DNA of 64,000 bases from a virus: positions 1 to 64,000 of the IMG/VR virus record IMGVR_UViG_3300018422_000002; one strand, 5' to 3'. A model generated the notes under the pieces. It worked only from the letters and a program-made list of their open reading frames with translations, searched no databases and was not told the origin of the DNA. Of this stretch, positions 15,497 to 23,959 are shown piece after piece. The stretch's first letter is position 1, and every line of letters starts with the position of its first letter. Made by a program: the position numbers and the translations under genes.

Positions 15497-15540
15497 CTAA
15501 CCGGTCACGGCCTGGGCTCCGTCCGCGTGGGACGGAGCCC
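15497..15540 (-). promoter_or_regulatory. conserved intergenic unit 2 (CTAACCGGTCACGGC + 11-bp hairpin)
   Basis: Hairpin GGGCTCCGTCC-gcgtg-GGACGGAGCCC, a likely terminator for 15554..16132. It is followed by the shared 15-mer upstream of the start at 15470. Confidence 0.55.
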
Positions 15541-15553
15541 GACCGTCGCCGGA

Positions 15554-16132
15554 TCAGGCGGTGGCGACGACCTCGGCGGGAGCCTCGACCGGCGTGCCGA
15601 CCAGCGCGTCGCGCGCGGCCTGCACGACCTCGCGCAGCTGCTTGATCGACTTGGCGTCCTCCGTGGACAGCGCGGCGACCGCCGCGTCGATCTTGGCCTG
15701 CAGGTCGGCCCGGACCTCGTCGAGCTGACGCTGGACGTCCTCGATCTTGGGCTTGGCCTGCCTGCTGCCCGGCGCGGGCAGGAAGTTGCCGGCCTCGTCG
15801 CGCGGCAGGCTCTGGAAGTACGCGAGCCACGGCTGGACCTCGTGCAGCTGCGCCTTGGCGCGCTGCGCCAGGTACACGCGGCTGTCGTTGAAGCCGGTCA
15901 CCGCGCTGATCATCGGGCGGGTGTAGCCCGCCGCACGGATCAACGCGTGGAGGTCCGCGATCACCTTGCGGTCCGCCTCGCTGGCCCAGGCGGCGTTACC
16001 GGTCCGGGGCGCGGGGGCCACCGGGACGACGACCGGCGCGGGGGCCGGGGCCTCGGGGGCCGGCGTCGGCGTGGACGAGGTGACGGGGTGCTGCTCGTCG
16101 GTCTCGGGCACGGTGTCGATCATGTTCGTCAT
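15554..16132 (-). CDS. hypothetical protein
   Basis: 192-aa ORF. P/A-rich linker and a helical C-terminus. Confidence 0.65.
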   Translation of the reverse strand: MTNMIDTVPETDEQHPVTSSTPTPAPEAPAPAPVVVPVAPAPRTGNAAWASEADRKVIADLHALIRAAGYTRPMISAVTGFNDSRVYLAQRAKAQLHEVQPWLAYFQSLPRDEAGNFLPAPGSRQAKPKIEDVQRQLDEVRADLQAKIDAAVAALSTEDAKSIKQLREVVQAARDALVGTPVEAPAEVVATA

Positions 16133-16324
16133 GCTGATCTCCTTGGGTCGTCGATCGCGGTTCGGCCGGTCTGCCGTTCCGTTCCTGCTACGACCAGTCT
16201 AGCACACGTCGTGAGTTATTGACCCAGACGTTTCAAGATTCTTTAGCTGACTGGTCCCACCGACCGACCCGGCGTCGCCGGGCCGACTGGTCGGACCAGG
16301 CGGGTTACCCACCCGCCGGTCCGG

Positions 16325-16642
16325 TCACTCGAGGTCGTCCGTGTCGGTACCCGTCGTGCGGTACCAGCCGTACCGGACGCCGTCGACGTCCACGGACGCG
16401 TAGACGACGTCCGAGAACCTCGGGACGACGTCCTGCGCGGCCTTGCGGAGCCGTGCGGCGCGGTCGAGCGTCGAGTTCCGGCCGTTGGCCTCCTGCTCGA
16501 GGAACGCGGCCTCCACGAGCATGGCGGTCTGAAGCTTGCCGCGCGCTCGCGCGGCGTTCGTCGCCACGCCGAGTTCGGTGTGGGCGACGGCGCCGGCCTC
16601 ACCGATCACGGCGCGGGTTCGCCGCGCCAGGTAGTACCTCAC
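16325..16642 (-). CDS. hypothetical protein
   Basis: ORF 16325..16726 trimmed to GTG 16642 (GTGA overlap). Confidence 0.6.
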   Translation of the reverse strand: MRYYLARRTRAVIGEAGAVAHTELGVATNAARARGKLQTAMLVEAAFLEQEANGRNSTLDRAARLRKAAQDVVPRFSDVVYASVDVDGVRYGWYRTTGTDTDDLE

Positions 16643-16779
16643 GGGACCTCCTTGAGGATCTCGGACAACTCCAGCAGGCGGACGAGCTCGCGGGCCCACC
16701 ACTCGGCCTGTTCGTCGTTGCCGCACTGCTTATACGCCATCGCCTTCGCGAGCGCGCGGTTGATCAGCGATCGGTCCAC
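16639..16779 (-). CDS. small hypothetical protein
   Basis: GTG 16779 lies 8 nt after AAGGAGG. 46 aa. Confidence 0.5.
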   Translation of the reverse strand: MDRSLINRALAKAMAYKQCGNDEQAEWWARELVRLLELSEILKEVP

Positions 16780-16870
16780 GAACCTCACCTCCTTGATCGA
16801 GTTCTGACGGCCATCGTCAGGCAGCGCCTCACGCTGCGACGTCGCAGGTTCGCGACGTTTCGGCCTTGGG

Positions 16871-17125
16871 TCAGAGGTAGCTGAGCGGTTGTTCGGGCGC
16901 ACTCGGCAGGTGGAACCGCTCGCCGAGTTCGTCCGACCGTGGCCAGTCGACGATCATGATCGTCGCGTAGTTCGGGTTCGCACGCATCCAGTTCGTCTGG
17001 ATGAGGTGTCCGAACGCCTCGACGTCGTCCTGATCACCCGCCATGCGGAAGGCGACCAGCTGTCGCGTCGACAGGTCGGGAAGGACCTGTAGGATCTTGA
17101 CGCGGTGAATGAGGTTCGAGCTCAC
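16871..17125 (-). CDS. hypothetical protein
   Basis: ORF 16871..17176 trimmed to GTG 17125, which is preceded by AGGAGGAAG. Confidence 0.6.
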   Translation of the reverse strand: MSSNLIHRVKILQVLPDLSTRQLVAFRMAGDQDDVEAFGHLIQTNWMRANPNYATIMIVDWPRSDELGERFHLPSAPEQPLSYL

Positions 17126-17191
17126 GATCTTCCTCCTAGATCTTGGTCCAGGAACGTGGTCGAGTTCGTCGACCACGAACCTCGCGCAAGA

Positions 17192-17335
17192 TCAGCGGCA
17201 GGAGTGCGCGGCCACGCGACTACGTGACGCGCAGGCCAGGCACGGCGGCTTGACCTTGACGCGTTCGCGCACGACCGTGGGGTCGACGCGCCTACCCGCC
17301 CGTCGGGGGGACTGGGTTCGTTGCGTGTTGATCAT
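17192..17335 (-). CDS. small basic hypothetical protein
   Basis: 47-aa ORF, not in the track. ATG 17335 is preceded by AAGGGAGAG. Confidence 0.4.
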   Translation of the reverse strand: MINTQRTQSPRRAGRRVDPTVVRERVKVKPPCLACASRSRVAAHSCR

Positions 17336-17409
17336 CTACTCTCCCTTGATCGGGTACCTCAGGCCCGCGACCGGGCGGGTTCGTCCGGTCACCAGCCTCA
17401 AGCACAAGA

Positions 17410-17631
17410 TCAGGGGGTCACCCGGACGATCACGTAGGTGTTCGTGTAGGTGTTCCACCTCGGGGTGCAGCTGTCCTCCGTGGGGCAGTAGAGTTCCGTC
17501 ACCTCGCGGTCGTCACGCTTGATCGTCCCGGGGGTGGCGGGTTCGGTCGGGCTCGTCACCGTGGCGACGTAGCCGAACAGCACGCCGACACTCAGCGCCG
17601 CGCTGACGATCGTGGCCTTGATCTTGGTCAT
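17410..17631 (-). CDS. small secreted or membrane-anchored protein
   Basis: 73 aa. N-terminal hydrophobic segment IVSAALSVGVLFGYVATV. Confidence 0.6.
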   Translation of the reverse strand: MTKIKATIVSAALSVGVLFGYVATVTSPTEPATPGTIKRDDREVTELYCPTEDSCTPRWNTYTNTYVIVRVTP

Positions 17632-17742
17632 AGGTCGATGCTCCTTGGGTCGGGTTCGCTGAACCGAACGATCCAGCTAGCGCGGGCGCAGGTGTGCGAG
17701 TTCGTCGACACGTGCGCCACGCTAGGTGTTCGTGCAAGTTCG

Positions 17743-18072
17743 TCAGTTGTCCGCGTAGTCGCAGTCGAGGGCGTGACCGCCGTATGGGCGTGCGCCGTCG
17801 TAGCGGTTACCGCAGTCGTCGCAGGTGTCACGACCGTCCGAGTTCAACGCGGCGTCGATGACGTCACGTAACCAGTCGGCGGGTGTGAGTTCGCCGGGTT
17901 CGCGCGGCATCAGTGCGTGCAACGCCGGGTCGGCGAATATCTGTCGTGCGATGGGTTCGCCGTCGACGTCGAAGACGACCAACGCGATGTCGTCACGCGC
18001 GCCGCCGTCGACGTTGAACGCGTCGACGCGGTACAAGGTGCCACGTGTGTCCGGGTCGTACGGAACGTCCAT
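17743..18072 (-). CDS. hypothetical protein with C-terminal C2HC zinc finger
   Basis: 109 aa. C-terminus is CDDCGNRYDGARPYGGHALDCDY. Confidence 0.65.
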   Translation of the reverse strand: MDVPYDPDTRGTLYRVDAFNVDGGARDDIALVVFDVDGEPIARQIFADPALHALMPREPGELTPADWLRDVIDAALNSDGRDTCDDCGNRYDGARPYGGHALDCDYADN

Positions 18073-18144
18073 GATCAGCCAATCTGTAGTCGGTACGTCC
18101 AGACCGATACGCGTACGCGACGCGTACCAGTCCGGTCGTACCGG

Positions 18145-18399
18145 CTACAGACCGCGCGCTACCGCGCGCTGCTGGTCCAGCGTCCGAACGGCGGACGGAT
18201 CGATCCGACTGGTAACGGCGGACGCGGTACGCCGCGTCGTACGGCGCGGTCGCGCCGGTCGGATCGGTCGCGGTCGCGGACGCCGGTATTCGACGTCGGT
18301 CCAGTAGATGTCGGTCGGACGCCAGGCAAAGTCGTCCGTACCGTCTACGTCGCGGGTCGTGAACGCGGAACCAACCGCGTACGCGCGTAACGTGGTCAT
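18145..18399 (-). CDS. hypothetical protein (first leftward gene of the block)
   Basis: ORF 18145..18462 trimmed to ATG 18399. The longer N-terminus would run into repeat DNA. Confidence 0.55.
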   Translation of the reverse strand: MTTLRAYAVGSAFTTRDVDGTDDFAWRPTDIYWTDVEYRRPRPRPIRPARPRRTTRRTASAVTSRIDPSAVRTLDQQRAVARGL

Positions 18400-18720
18400 G
18401 ATCTTACACGCCAATCTATCGGTCAAAGATCGTCGGTCATTGATCAACTGCTGGTAGATCAACTAGCTGGTCTAGATCAACTAGCCGGTCCGCCGTCGCG
18501 GTCTGCGGTCCGATCTGGCTGTTCCGTTTTCCGCTGTACCAGTAGTCTAGCAGACGGGTAAGATCAATAGCGTGAAAATCCAGATTTTCAGATAACGGAT
18601 ATGTAACTAACAAACGATCTTGCACGCCCGATGATCTTACACGGGATGCAAGATCATCATTGCATATGCAAACATGATCTTGCCGAATCGGTAAGATCGT
18701 TTTTCACAAGATCAACTGCC
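18398..18720. promoter_or_regulatory. AT-richer divergent regulatory hub with two repeat families
   Basis: About 8 copies of ATGATCTT(A/G)C or its complement G(T/C)AAGATCA. Four copies of GATCAACT(N)GC. Palindrome TTGCATATGCAA. Confidence 0.6.
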
Positions 18721-18736
18721 CAGGTGGGCGTCGGCA

Positions 18737-18807
18737 ACCGCTGATATTATGCGTCCAAGAACTTTGACCCGTGAGCAATGACGACCGCTGATGTTGTGCG
18801 TTCAAGA
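18737..18807 (+). promoter_or_regulatory. duplicated 24-nt box carrying an extended -10 (TGATATTAT)
   Basis: ACCGCTGATATTATGCGTCCAAGA (18737-18760) and ACCGCTGATGTTGTGCGTTCAAGA (18784-18807) match at 21 of 24 positions. TGnTATTAT at 18742-18750. Confidence 0.5.
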
Positions 18808-19270
18808 GATCCCAGGTGTGATTAACTTGCCCTCTCCCTCCCCATCTCCCTCCGCCGGTACCCGCGTCCGTACCACCCGCCGTGGACCTCGACGTCGTGG
18901 CTGCGCCCGGGCCGCGCTGGTACTCCTCGGTGCGTCGTCCCTCCTGGTCCTCGCGACGTTCCAGCTGGTACGCCGCCGTGGTGCGTGATCGGGTACCGCA
19001 CCGCACCGCCGTCGTCGACGACTACCGTCCGCCGTATGACCGAGACCAGACGACCCGTCGACCTCACATCACGCTACCGCCGCCCGCTGTGGCTGGACGC
19101 CGCCTTCACGCTCGCGCTGGTCCTGGACGCCGCCCTCACCGTGCGCCTCCTGGTCCGCCGGGTCCGTGCGTCGCGTCCGACCCGCGACGCGCCGCGCTAG
19201 TCTGCCGCCACCGTCCGTCCCACCCGCCGTCGCCACCTCACCGTGCGCGTCGGTAGAGAGCGAGCCCCCG

Positions 19271-19951
19271 ATGCCCCGCGAGTACGTCCACGCGAACTAC
19301 GTCACCGTGCGCGCCGGTGACCTGTCTGCCGTCCCGCCGTCCCAGCTGGACCCACACGTCGTGTCCTCCGACGTCGTCGCCCGCGACCTCCTAGGCCGCC
19401 TACGCCGCCAGCTGGACGTGCACCGTGCCTTCGAGGCGGCCGCCCGCGCCACGCTGGACGGCCTGGCGACCGACGCGGACGACGCCACCCACGGCGAGCT
19501 GCGTCACGCCGTCGACGCGCTGCGCCGCCGGGTGGTCGAGCTGGACCGCTCCCTCGCCCACGCCACCTCACACGCCACCGCCGTCCGCACCGGCGGTGAG
19601 GACGGTGACACCGGCGACGACACCGGTGACGACGACGGAGGCGAGGAGAGCGACCGGTCCCTCGGTTCCGGCCTCGACGTCGGCCCCGACCTAGACCACG
19701 TGGAGGCGGCCCTCGCCGAGGCCGGCCACCCGGCCGCCGCGACCGACGCGCCCCGGCGCCTCCAGCTCCGCGTCTCCCTGACCTGGGAGTCGGGTGGCGG
19801 CCAGGTCGTCCTCGGCGTCGACGGCGTCGCCCCCGACGGCACCCCCGTGAACCTCGGCGGGTACCACGCGGCGCTGGACTGGCGCGCGTCCAACCTCCTG
19901 GTGGCCACCGCCCGGACCGCCCGCGACGGCGCGAACGGCACCCCGGCGTGA
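19271..19951 (+). CDS. hypothetical protein
   Basis: ORF 19166..19951 trimmed to ATG 19271. TAGTCT box at 19198-19203. Confidence 0.6.
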   Translation: MPREYVHANYVTVRAGDLSAVPPSQLDPHVVSSDVVARDLLGRLRRQLDVHRAFEAAARATLDGLATDADDATHGELRHAVDALRRRVVELDRSLAHATSHATAVRTGGEDGDTGDDTGDDDGGEESDRSLGSGLDVGPDLDHVEAALAEAGHPAAATDAPRRLQLRVSLTWESGGGQVVLGVDGVAPDGTPVNLGGYHAALDWRASNLLVATARTARDGANGTPA

Positions 19952-20163
19952 CCTCCCCGCCACCCACCCAGCCGTCGTCCACCCAACCGTCGCCCTCACC
20001 GGACGCGTGGCGCGTCGAGGTGACGCTGCCGGACGTCCCGACCGCGCGCCGCGACGAGCTGCTGGACCGGCTGTTCGCGCTGCTGCGCGACTGGGCACCC
20101 GCCGACCTGGACTGGGATCCCATGGTGGTCACGCGTCCCGTCTCCGCCGACGAGGTGCCGTGA
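19948..20163 (+). CDS. hypothetical protein
   Basis: 71 aa. GTGA overlap with the upstream gene. Confidence 0.55.
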   Translation: MTSPPPTQPSSTQPSPSPDAWRVEVTLPDVPTARRDELLDRLFALLRDWAPADLDWDPMVVTRPVSADEVP

Positions 20164-20249
20164 CCTCCGGCCTACCGCCGGGTACCGCACCGGTACGGTG
20201 ACGCCGACCGGTAGCGTTCCGACCGACGCGACCGACCAACCGAGGACCC

Positions 20250-20432
20250 GTGATGATCCCGACCCCGACCCCGACCCACCGCCCGGACCCACCGCGACCA
20301 CGCCGCGACTCGCCGCGCCGCGACGGCCCGCTGGAGGCCCTCGGCCGCCTCCTGCTGCTCGCGCTGGTCGTCGCGCTGGTCGTGGCCGTCCTCGCCGCCG
20401 TCCTCGCCGCGTCCTACGGCTTCCGACCCTGA
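20250..20432 (+). CDS. small membrane protein
   Basis: GAGGA precedes GTGATG. Hydrophobic segment LLLLALVVALVVAVLAAVLAA. Confidence 0.5.
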   Translation: MMIPTPTPTHRPDPPRPRRDSPRRDGPLEALGRLLLLALVVALVVAVLAAVLAASYGFRP

Positions 20433-20482
20433 CCCCGCCCCGACCTGACACGTCCCACCTGACCCCGACCCCAGGAGCCCCC

Positions 20483-20617
20483 GTGACCGGCTACCAGCTT
20501 CAGTCCGTGCTCATCGCCGTCGCGATCTGCGCGTGCGTAGCCGCCGTCGCCGAGGCCCAGCTGGAGCTGGCCCAGCTGGACGCCGAGCTCAGCACCATCG
20601 AGGAGACCCAGCCGTGA
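20483..20617 (+). CDS. small membrane protein
   Basis: GTG is preceded by AGGAG. 44 aa with a hydrophobic N-terminus. Confidence 0.5.
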   Translation: MTGYQLQSVLIAVAICACVAAVAEAQLELAQLDAELSTIEETQP

Positions 20618-20877
20618 CCTTGCCTCACGAGCCCCCGCCGCCGAACCCGCTGGCCGGGCCCGCGCCGGACCCCCGCGTCCTGACCGCCGGCGAGCGCGAT
20701 CGCCTGGACGAGCTGCGTGACTCGCACGCGTGGTACCTGACCCAGGGACGCGACGACGCGCGCGTGGGAGATCTGCTGCGCGTGCTGGACCGCCTAGCCT
20801 CGTCCCCCGAGGAGCCGTCCCCCGACGACGTCCACCGTCACCTAGTCGAGGCGAACGCCGACGAGGAGTCCCCGTGA
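20614..20877 (+). CDS. hypothetical protein
   Basis: GTGA overlap. 87 aa. Confidence 0.6.
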   Translation: MTLPHEPPPPNPLAGPAPDPRVLTAGERDRLDELRDSHAWYLTQGRDDARVGDLLRVLDRLASSPEEPSPDDVHRHLVEANADEESP

Positions 20878-21068
20878 CCCAGTCTCCCGACGCCGTCCGA
20901 CTCGCCCAGCTGATCAAGGACCTGTGGTACCTGTGGACGCCTACGTCGCGCGGCCACTACCCAGACCTCGTCGTCACGCTGGGTGACGGTCGTCACGCCG
21001 AGCTGCTGAAGGTGACGTACGAGGACGTCGCCGACGTGCTGGTGCTGCACGTCGAGGAGCCGTCGTGA
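20874..21068 (+). CDS. hypothetical protein
   Basis: GTGA overlap. 64 aa. Confidence 0.6.
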   Translation: MTQSPDAVRLAQLIKDLWYLWTPTSRGHYPDLVVTLGDGRHAELLKVTYEDVADVLVLHVEEPS

Positions 21069-21142
21069 CCGCCCGGACGTTCCTGCTGGTCCTCGGCCTC
21101 GTGCTGCTGGTCGCGAACCTACCACCGGGAGCGACGCCGTGA
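21065..21142 (+). CDS. possible 25-aa hydrophobic peptide
   Basis: GTGA overlaps at both ends keep the coupling chain continuous. Sequence VTARTFLLVLGLVLLVANLPPGATP. Confidence 0.4.
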   Translation: MTARTFLLVLGLVLLVANLPPGATP

Positions 21143-21582
21143 CCCCCACCGCCGCCGACCCACCGCCGGACCCGACCGGCGGCTACGAGCCCGCCACCGA
21201 CGCGCACCGCCCGCGCCCGGACGTTCCTACCCAGGCGGCCGTAGCCGCCGCCCGCGACCTGCTGACGTCCGGCGACGCGCCACGCGTGCGCCGTCCGACG
21301 GTACCTCCGCCGCTCCCCCGGACCCGGCCGAGCGGTCCCGCCGTGGACCGGACGTCCGACCTCGGCGAGGCGGTCGTCACCGTGGTTCGGTGCTACGCGT
21401 CGCCGCTGCGACTGGTCCTGGACCACGCCCGGGTGTACCTCGAGGACGACGAGCACGGCCCCGGCAGCTCCCTGCTGGAGCTGGACCGCGACGAGGTCCA
21501 CGACCTGGCCGCCGGCCTGGTGCTGCTCCTGGGCGAGCTGGACCGCGCGACCCGCGACGACCTAGGAGGAGACCCACCGTGA
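21139..21582 (+). CDS. hypothetical protein
   Basis: 147-aa ORF with a GTGA overlap. Confidence 0.6.
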   Translation: MTPTAADPPPDPTGGYEPATDAHRPRPDVPTQAAVAAARDLLTSGDAPRVRRPTVPPPLPRTRPSGPAVDRTSDLGEAVVTVVRCYASPLRLVLDHARVYLEDDEHGPGSSLLELDRDEVHDLAAGLVLLLGELDRATRDDLGGDPP

Positions 21583-22157
21583 GGCTGATCGACGACGTCC
21601 GGACGCGCCTGCGCGCCGACGACGACCGCGTCCCACTGGTGGAGCGCCGGCTGCTCGGCGCGCGCCTGGGCCTGACCGGCGACGACCTGGACCTGCTGCT
21701 GAACACGACCGTGACCGACCTGCTGGAGCTGCCGGCGTCCGTGACGCTCACCAGCGGGGCGTCGCGGCTGCTCGCCGAGCTGGACGCCCACGTGGCCCGG
21801 GCCCACCCGGTGGACCTCAGCTACCCCCACGACCGGGAGGGCGAGGACGCGCCGCCCGGCGTGGTCGTGGCCACGGTACCCGTGGGCGACGACGACGACG
21901 TGCTGCGGCTGACCCTCGAGGACGGTGCCGTCTACGTGCCGTACGGTGTCACCGGTGGTGACCGACCGCTCGCCGATCGCTACGACGCGGACGACGCCGA
22001 GGCCCTCGCCTACGCGCTGCTGCGGCTGGTGAACCTGGGCCGCGCCCAGGCCGCCGACCGCGACCCGGGCCGCGCCGAGCTGGCCGCCGCCTACGCCGCG
22101 CACCGCGACGGCTCGCTCCGCCGCCGCGTCGAGACCGAGCTGGCGGAGGAGCTGTGA
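21579..22157 (+). CDS. hypothetical protein
   Basis: GTG 21579 in a GTGA overlap. 192 aa. Confidence 0.65.
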   Translation: MRLIDDVRTRLRADDDRVPLVERRLLGARLGLTGDDLDLLLNTTVTDLLELPASVTLTSGASRLLAELDAHVARAHPVDLSYPHDREGEDAPPGVVVATVPVGDDDDVLRLTLEDGAVYVPYGVTGGDRPLADRYDADDAEALAYALLRLVNLGRAQAADRDPGRAELAAAYAAHRDGSLRRRVETELAEEL

Positions 22158-22306
22158 CACCGGAGCTGCGCGTGTGGCTGGCTACCCTGCTGGACGCCGT
22201 CGAGAACACCGACGACCCGGCGTACGTAGGCACGCTGGTCTCGCACCTACGCGGTGAGCTGTATCGGCTGCCGCTGACCGACCCCGCCGACGAGGAGGAA
22301 CCGTGA
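22154..22306 (+). CDS. small hypothetical protein
   Basis: 50 aa. GTGA overlaps at both ends. Confidence 0.5.
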   Translation: MTPELRVWLATLLDAVENTDDPAYVGTLVSHLRGELYRLPLTDPADEEEP

Positions 22307-23067
22307 GCGACTACCGCCCGTGGCGTGAGGTCCGCGACGAGGCCGCGCGGCTGCGCGCCGCGCACGACGCCGGCACGTGCCCGGGTACCCCGCACCGAGG
22401 TCACGCGTCGTCCGACGCGTCGTGCCCGCTGGAGCGACCGGATCTTAAGTTGCTGGCCGCCGAGCGCCTCACCGACCCGCGCGACCGCTACGACCCGCTG
22501 GCCGATCACACCGACGCGGCCGGCGTCCTCCACCGCTACCGGCACGTCACCGACCCCGGACCGGCGGGCCGCCTCGGCTGGTACCACCCGGCCGGCGTCA
22601 CCTGCGGGGACACGACGTGCCCCGGTAACGACGAGCTCCTGGAGCGGCTGGACGTCACGTCGACGAACGTGGTGGAGACGCGCCTGGTCGAGGCCGACCT
22701 AGGCGCGCGCTACCGGTATGGTCACACATACGAGGCGACGACCGGCGACGGCGTGCGGGTCCGGCTGGTGCCGCACCGCGTCCGCGTGTTCTACCGCCGT
22801 CCACGTCCTGACGCCTGCCCGCTGGCCTCCGACCCGTGGGTCGTCACGCAGGTGATGGTGATCGGCCGTAACCTGACCCGACTGGTGCGCTGGGACGCGC
22901 ACGCGCGGTTCTGTCGCCTCGACGCACACCACGTGTGCGGCTACCCCCGGCCGTCCGAGCGGCAGCGGTCGTTCACCGACCTAGCTACCGCGCCCGCATG
23001 GGTGGGTGACGTCGTCCGCGCGCTGGCCGTCGCCCGACCGCCGACCACCGACGAGGAGCACCTGTGA
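22303..23067 (+). CDS. hypothetical protein
   Basis: 254-aa ORF with high G/C3. Confidence 0.7.
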   Translation: MSDYRPWREVRDEAARLRAAHDAGTCPGTPHRGHASSDASCPLERPDLKLLAAERLTDPRDRYDPLADHTDAAGVLHRYRHVTDPGPAGRLGWYHPAGVTCGDTTCPGNDELLERLDVTSTNVVETRLVEADLGARYRYGHTYEATTGDGVRVRLVPHRVRVFYRRPRPDACPLASDPWVVTQVMVIGRNLTRLVRWDAHARFCRLDAHHVCGYPRPSERQRSFTDLATAPAWVGDVVRALAVARPPTTDEEHL

Positions 23068-23150
23068 GCCCCGCGATCTGCGAGCTGTGCGAGCGGCTGC
23101 TGGAGCAGTGCAACTGCACCGGCGACCGACAGGACCAGAAGAAGAACTGA
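23064..23150 (+). CDS. possible 28-aa Cys-rich peptide
   Basis: GTGA overlap. Sequence VSPAICELCERLLEQCNCTGDRQDQKKN. Confidence 0.4.
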   Translation: MSPAICELCERLLEQCNCTGDRQDQKKN

Positions 23151-23186
23151 CCGACGACGCACCGACGACGACGAGAGGAGCACGAC

Positions 23187-23429
23187 GTGAGTAGACACGA
23201 CGACGACTACGAGGCGCGGATGCGCGAGGACGCGCGCCGCGAGCGCGACGCGATCATCCAGCGGAACGTCGAGCTGGCGCGCGAGCGGTACGAGGAGGAG
23301 CAGCGCCAGCGGCGTGAGGCCGAGGAGGCCCGCGAGCGTGCGCGTGTTAGGCGCGAGCACGAGGAGTCCCTGCGGGCGGCCAGGGAGCTGGCCGAGCGCG
23401 AGGGCCGTGAGTTCCGGTGGGATCAATGA
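23187..23429 (+). CDS. E/R-rich charged helical protein
   Basis: GTG is preceded by GAGAGGAG. Contains ERYEEEQRQRREAEEARERARVRREHEE. Confidence 0.6.
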   Translation: MSRHDDDYEARMREDARRERDAIIQRNVELARERYEEEQRQRREAEEARERARVRREHEESLRAARELAEREGREFRWDQ

Positions 23430-23614
23430 GCAGCCAGGACGACGCGCTGCGGAAGCTCGAGGAGGAGCGTCAGGCCGCCGCGAAGGCGGCGCGGGAGGCC
23501 GAGGACGAGAGGGAACGCGAGCGACAGCGGGAGGTGGCCGAGCACCGGGCCCTGCAGCAGGCGATGATCCAGGCCGCCGCCGAGGAGGAGCGCCGACGCC
23601 GGGAGGGCCGCTAG
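23426..23614 (+). CDS. E/R/A-rich charged helical protein
   Basis: ATG 23426 in an ATGA overlap. Contains EEERQAAAKAAREAEDERERERQREVAE. Confidence 0.6.
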   Translation: MSSQDDALRKLEEERQAAAKAAREAEDERERERQREVAEHRALQQAMIQAAAEEERRRREGR

Positions 23615-23959
23615 GTGGCACCGGTCGACCCCGACCGACCGCGCTACCGCGTGCTCGCCCAGCCGATCTACGACCACGAGCCGGACGCGCGGCCCGAGCA
23701 CCCGGACGGTGCTGGTCACGACCGCGACTGCGCCGCCGGCTACGAGCTGCTCATCTACCGCGTGGACCGCTACACGCCGGCTCCCAACGAGGTCCTCGGC
23801 GTCACCCAGACACCGGGTCGCGACGCCGGTGGGTTCCGGACCACGAGTGCCCGGCAGGCGGTGTGCGACTACGTGCGGCTGCGCTCCGAGCCGCTGAGTA
23901 GCCGGATCGAGCCGTCGGACGTCGAGCTGTACCTACTGGTACCGGAGGAGCTACCGTGA
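23615..23959 (+). CDS. hypothetical protein
   Basis: GTG immediately follows the upstream TAG. 114 aa. Confidence 0.6.
   Translation: MAPVDPDRPRYRVLAQPIYDHEPDARPEHPDGAGHDRDCAAGYELLIYRVDRYTPAPNEVLGVTQTPGRDAGGFRTTSARQAVCDYVRLRSEPLSSRIEPSDVELYLLVPEELP

Noticed and set aside
18437-18625. 62-aa minus ORF in the control region
   Set aside because: It lies in low-GC repeat DNA. The C-terminal VDLDQLVDLPAVDQ is simply the translated GATCAACTAGC repeats. There is no RBS.
18791-19200. Possible small membrane ORFs 18791-18988 and 19036-19200 as the first rightward genes
   Set aside because: Both contain a hydrophobic stretch but lack an RBS. The first ATG lies inside the duplicated promoter-like box. 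The evidence is too weak to list them as features.
19302-20132. 276-aa minus-strand ORF. The same judgement applies to similar R/P/G-rich ORFs at 6222-6899, 7767-8639, 20414-20917, 21393-22160, 22941-23621 and 24463-25341.
   Set aside because: These have extreme Arg/Pro/Gly content and overlap better-supported genes in other frames. This is characteristic of off-frame reading of high-GC coding DNA.
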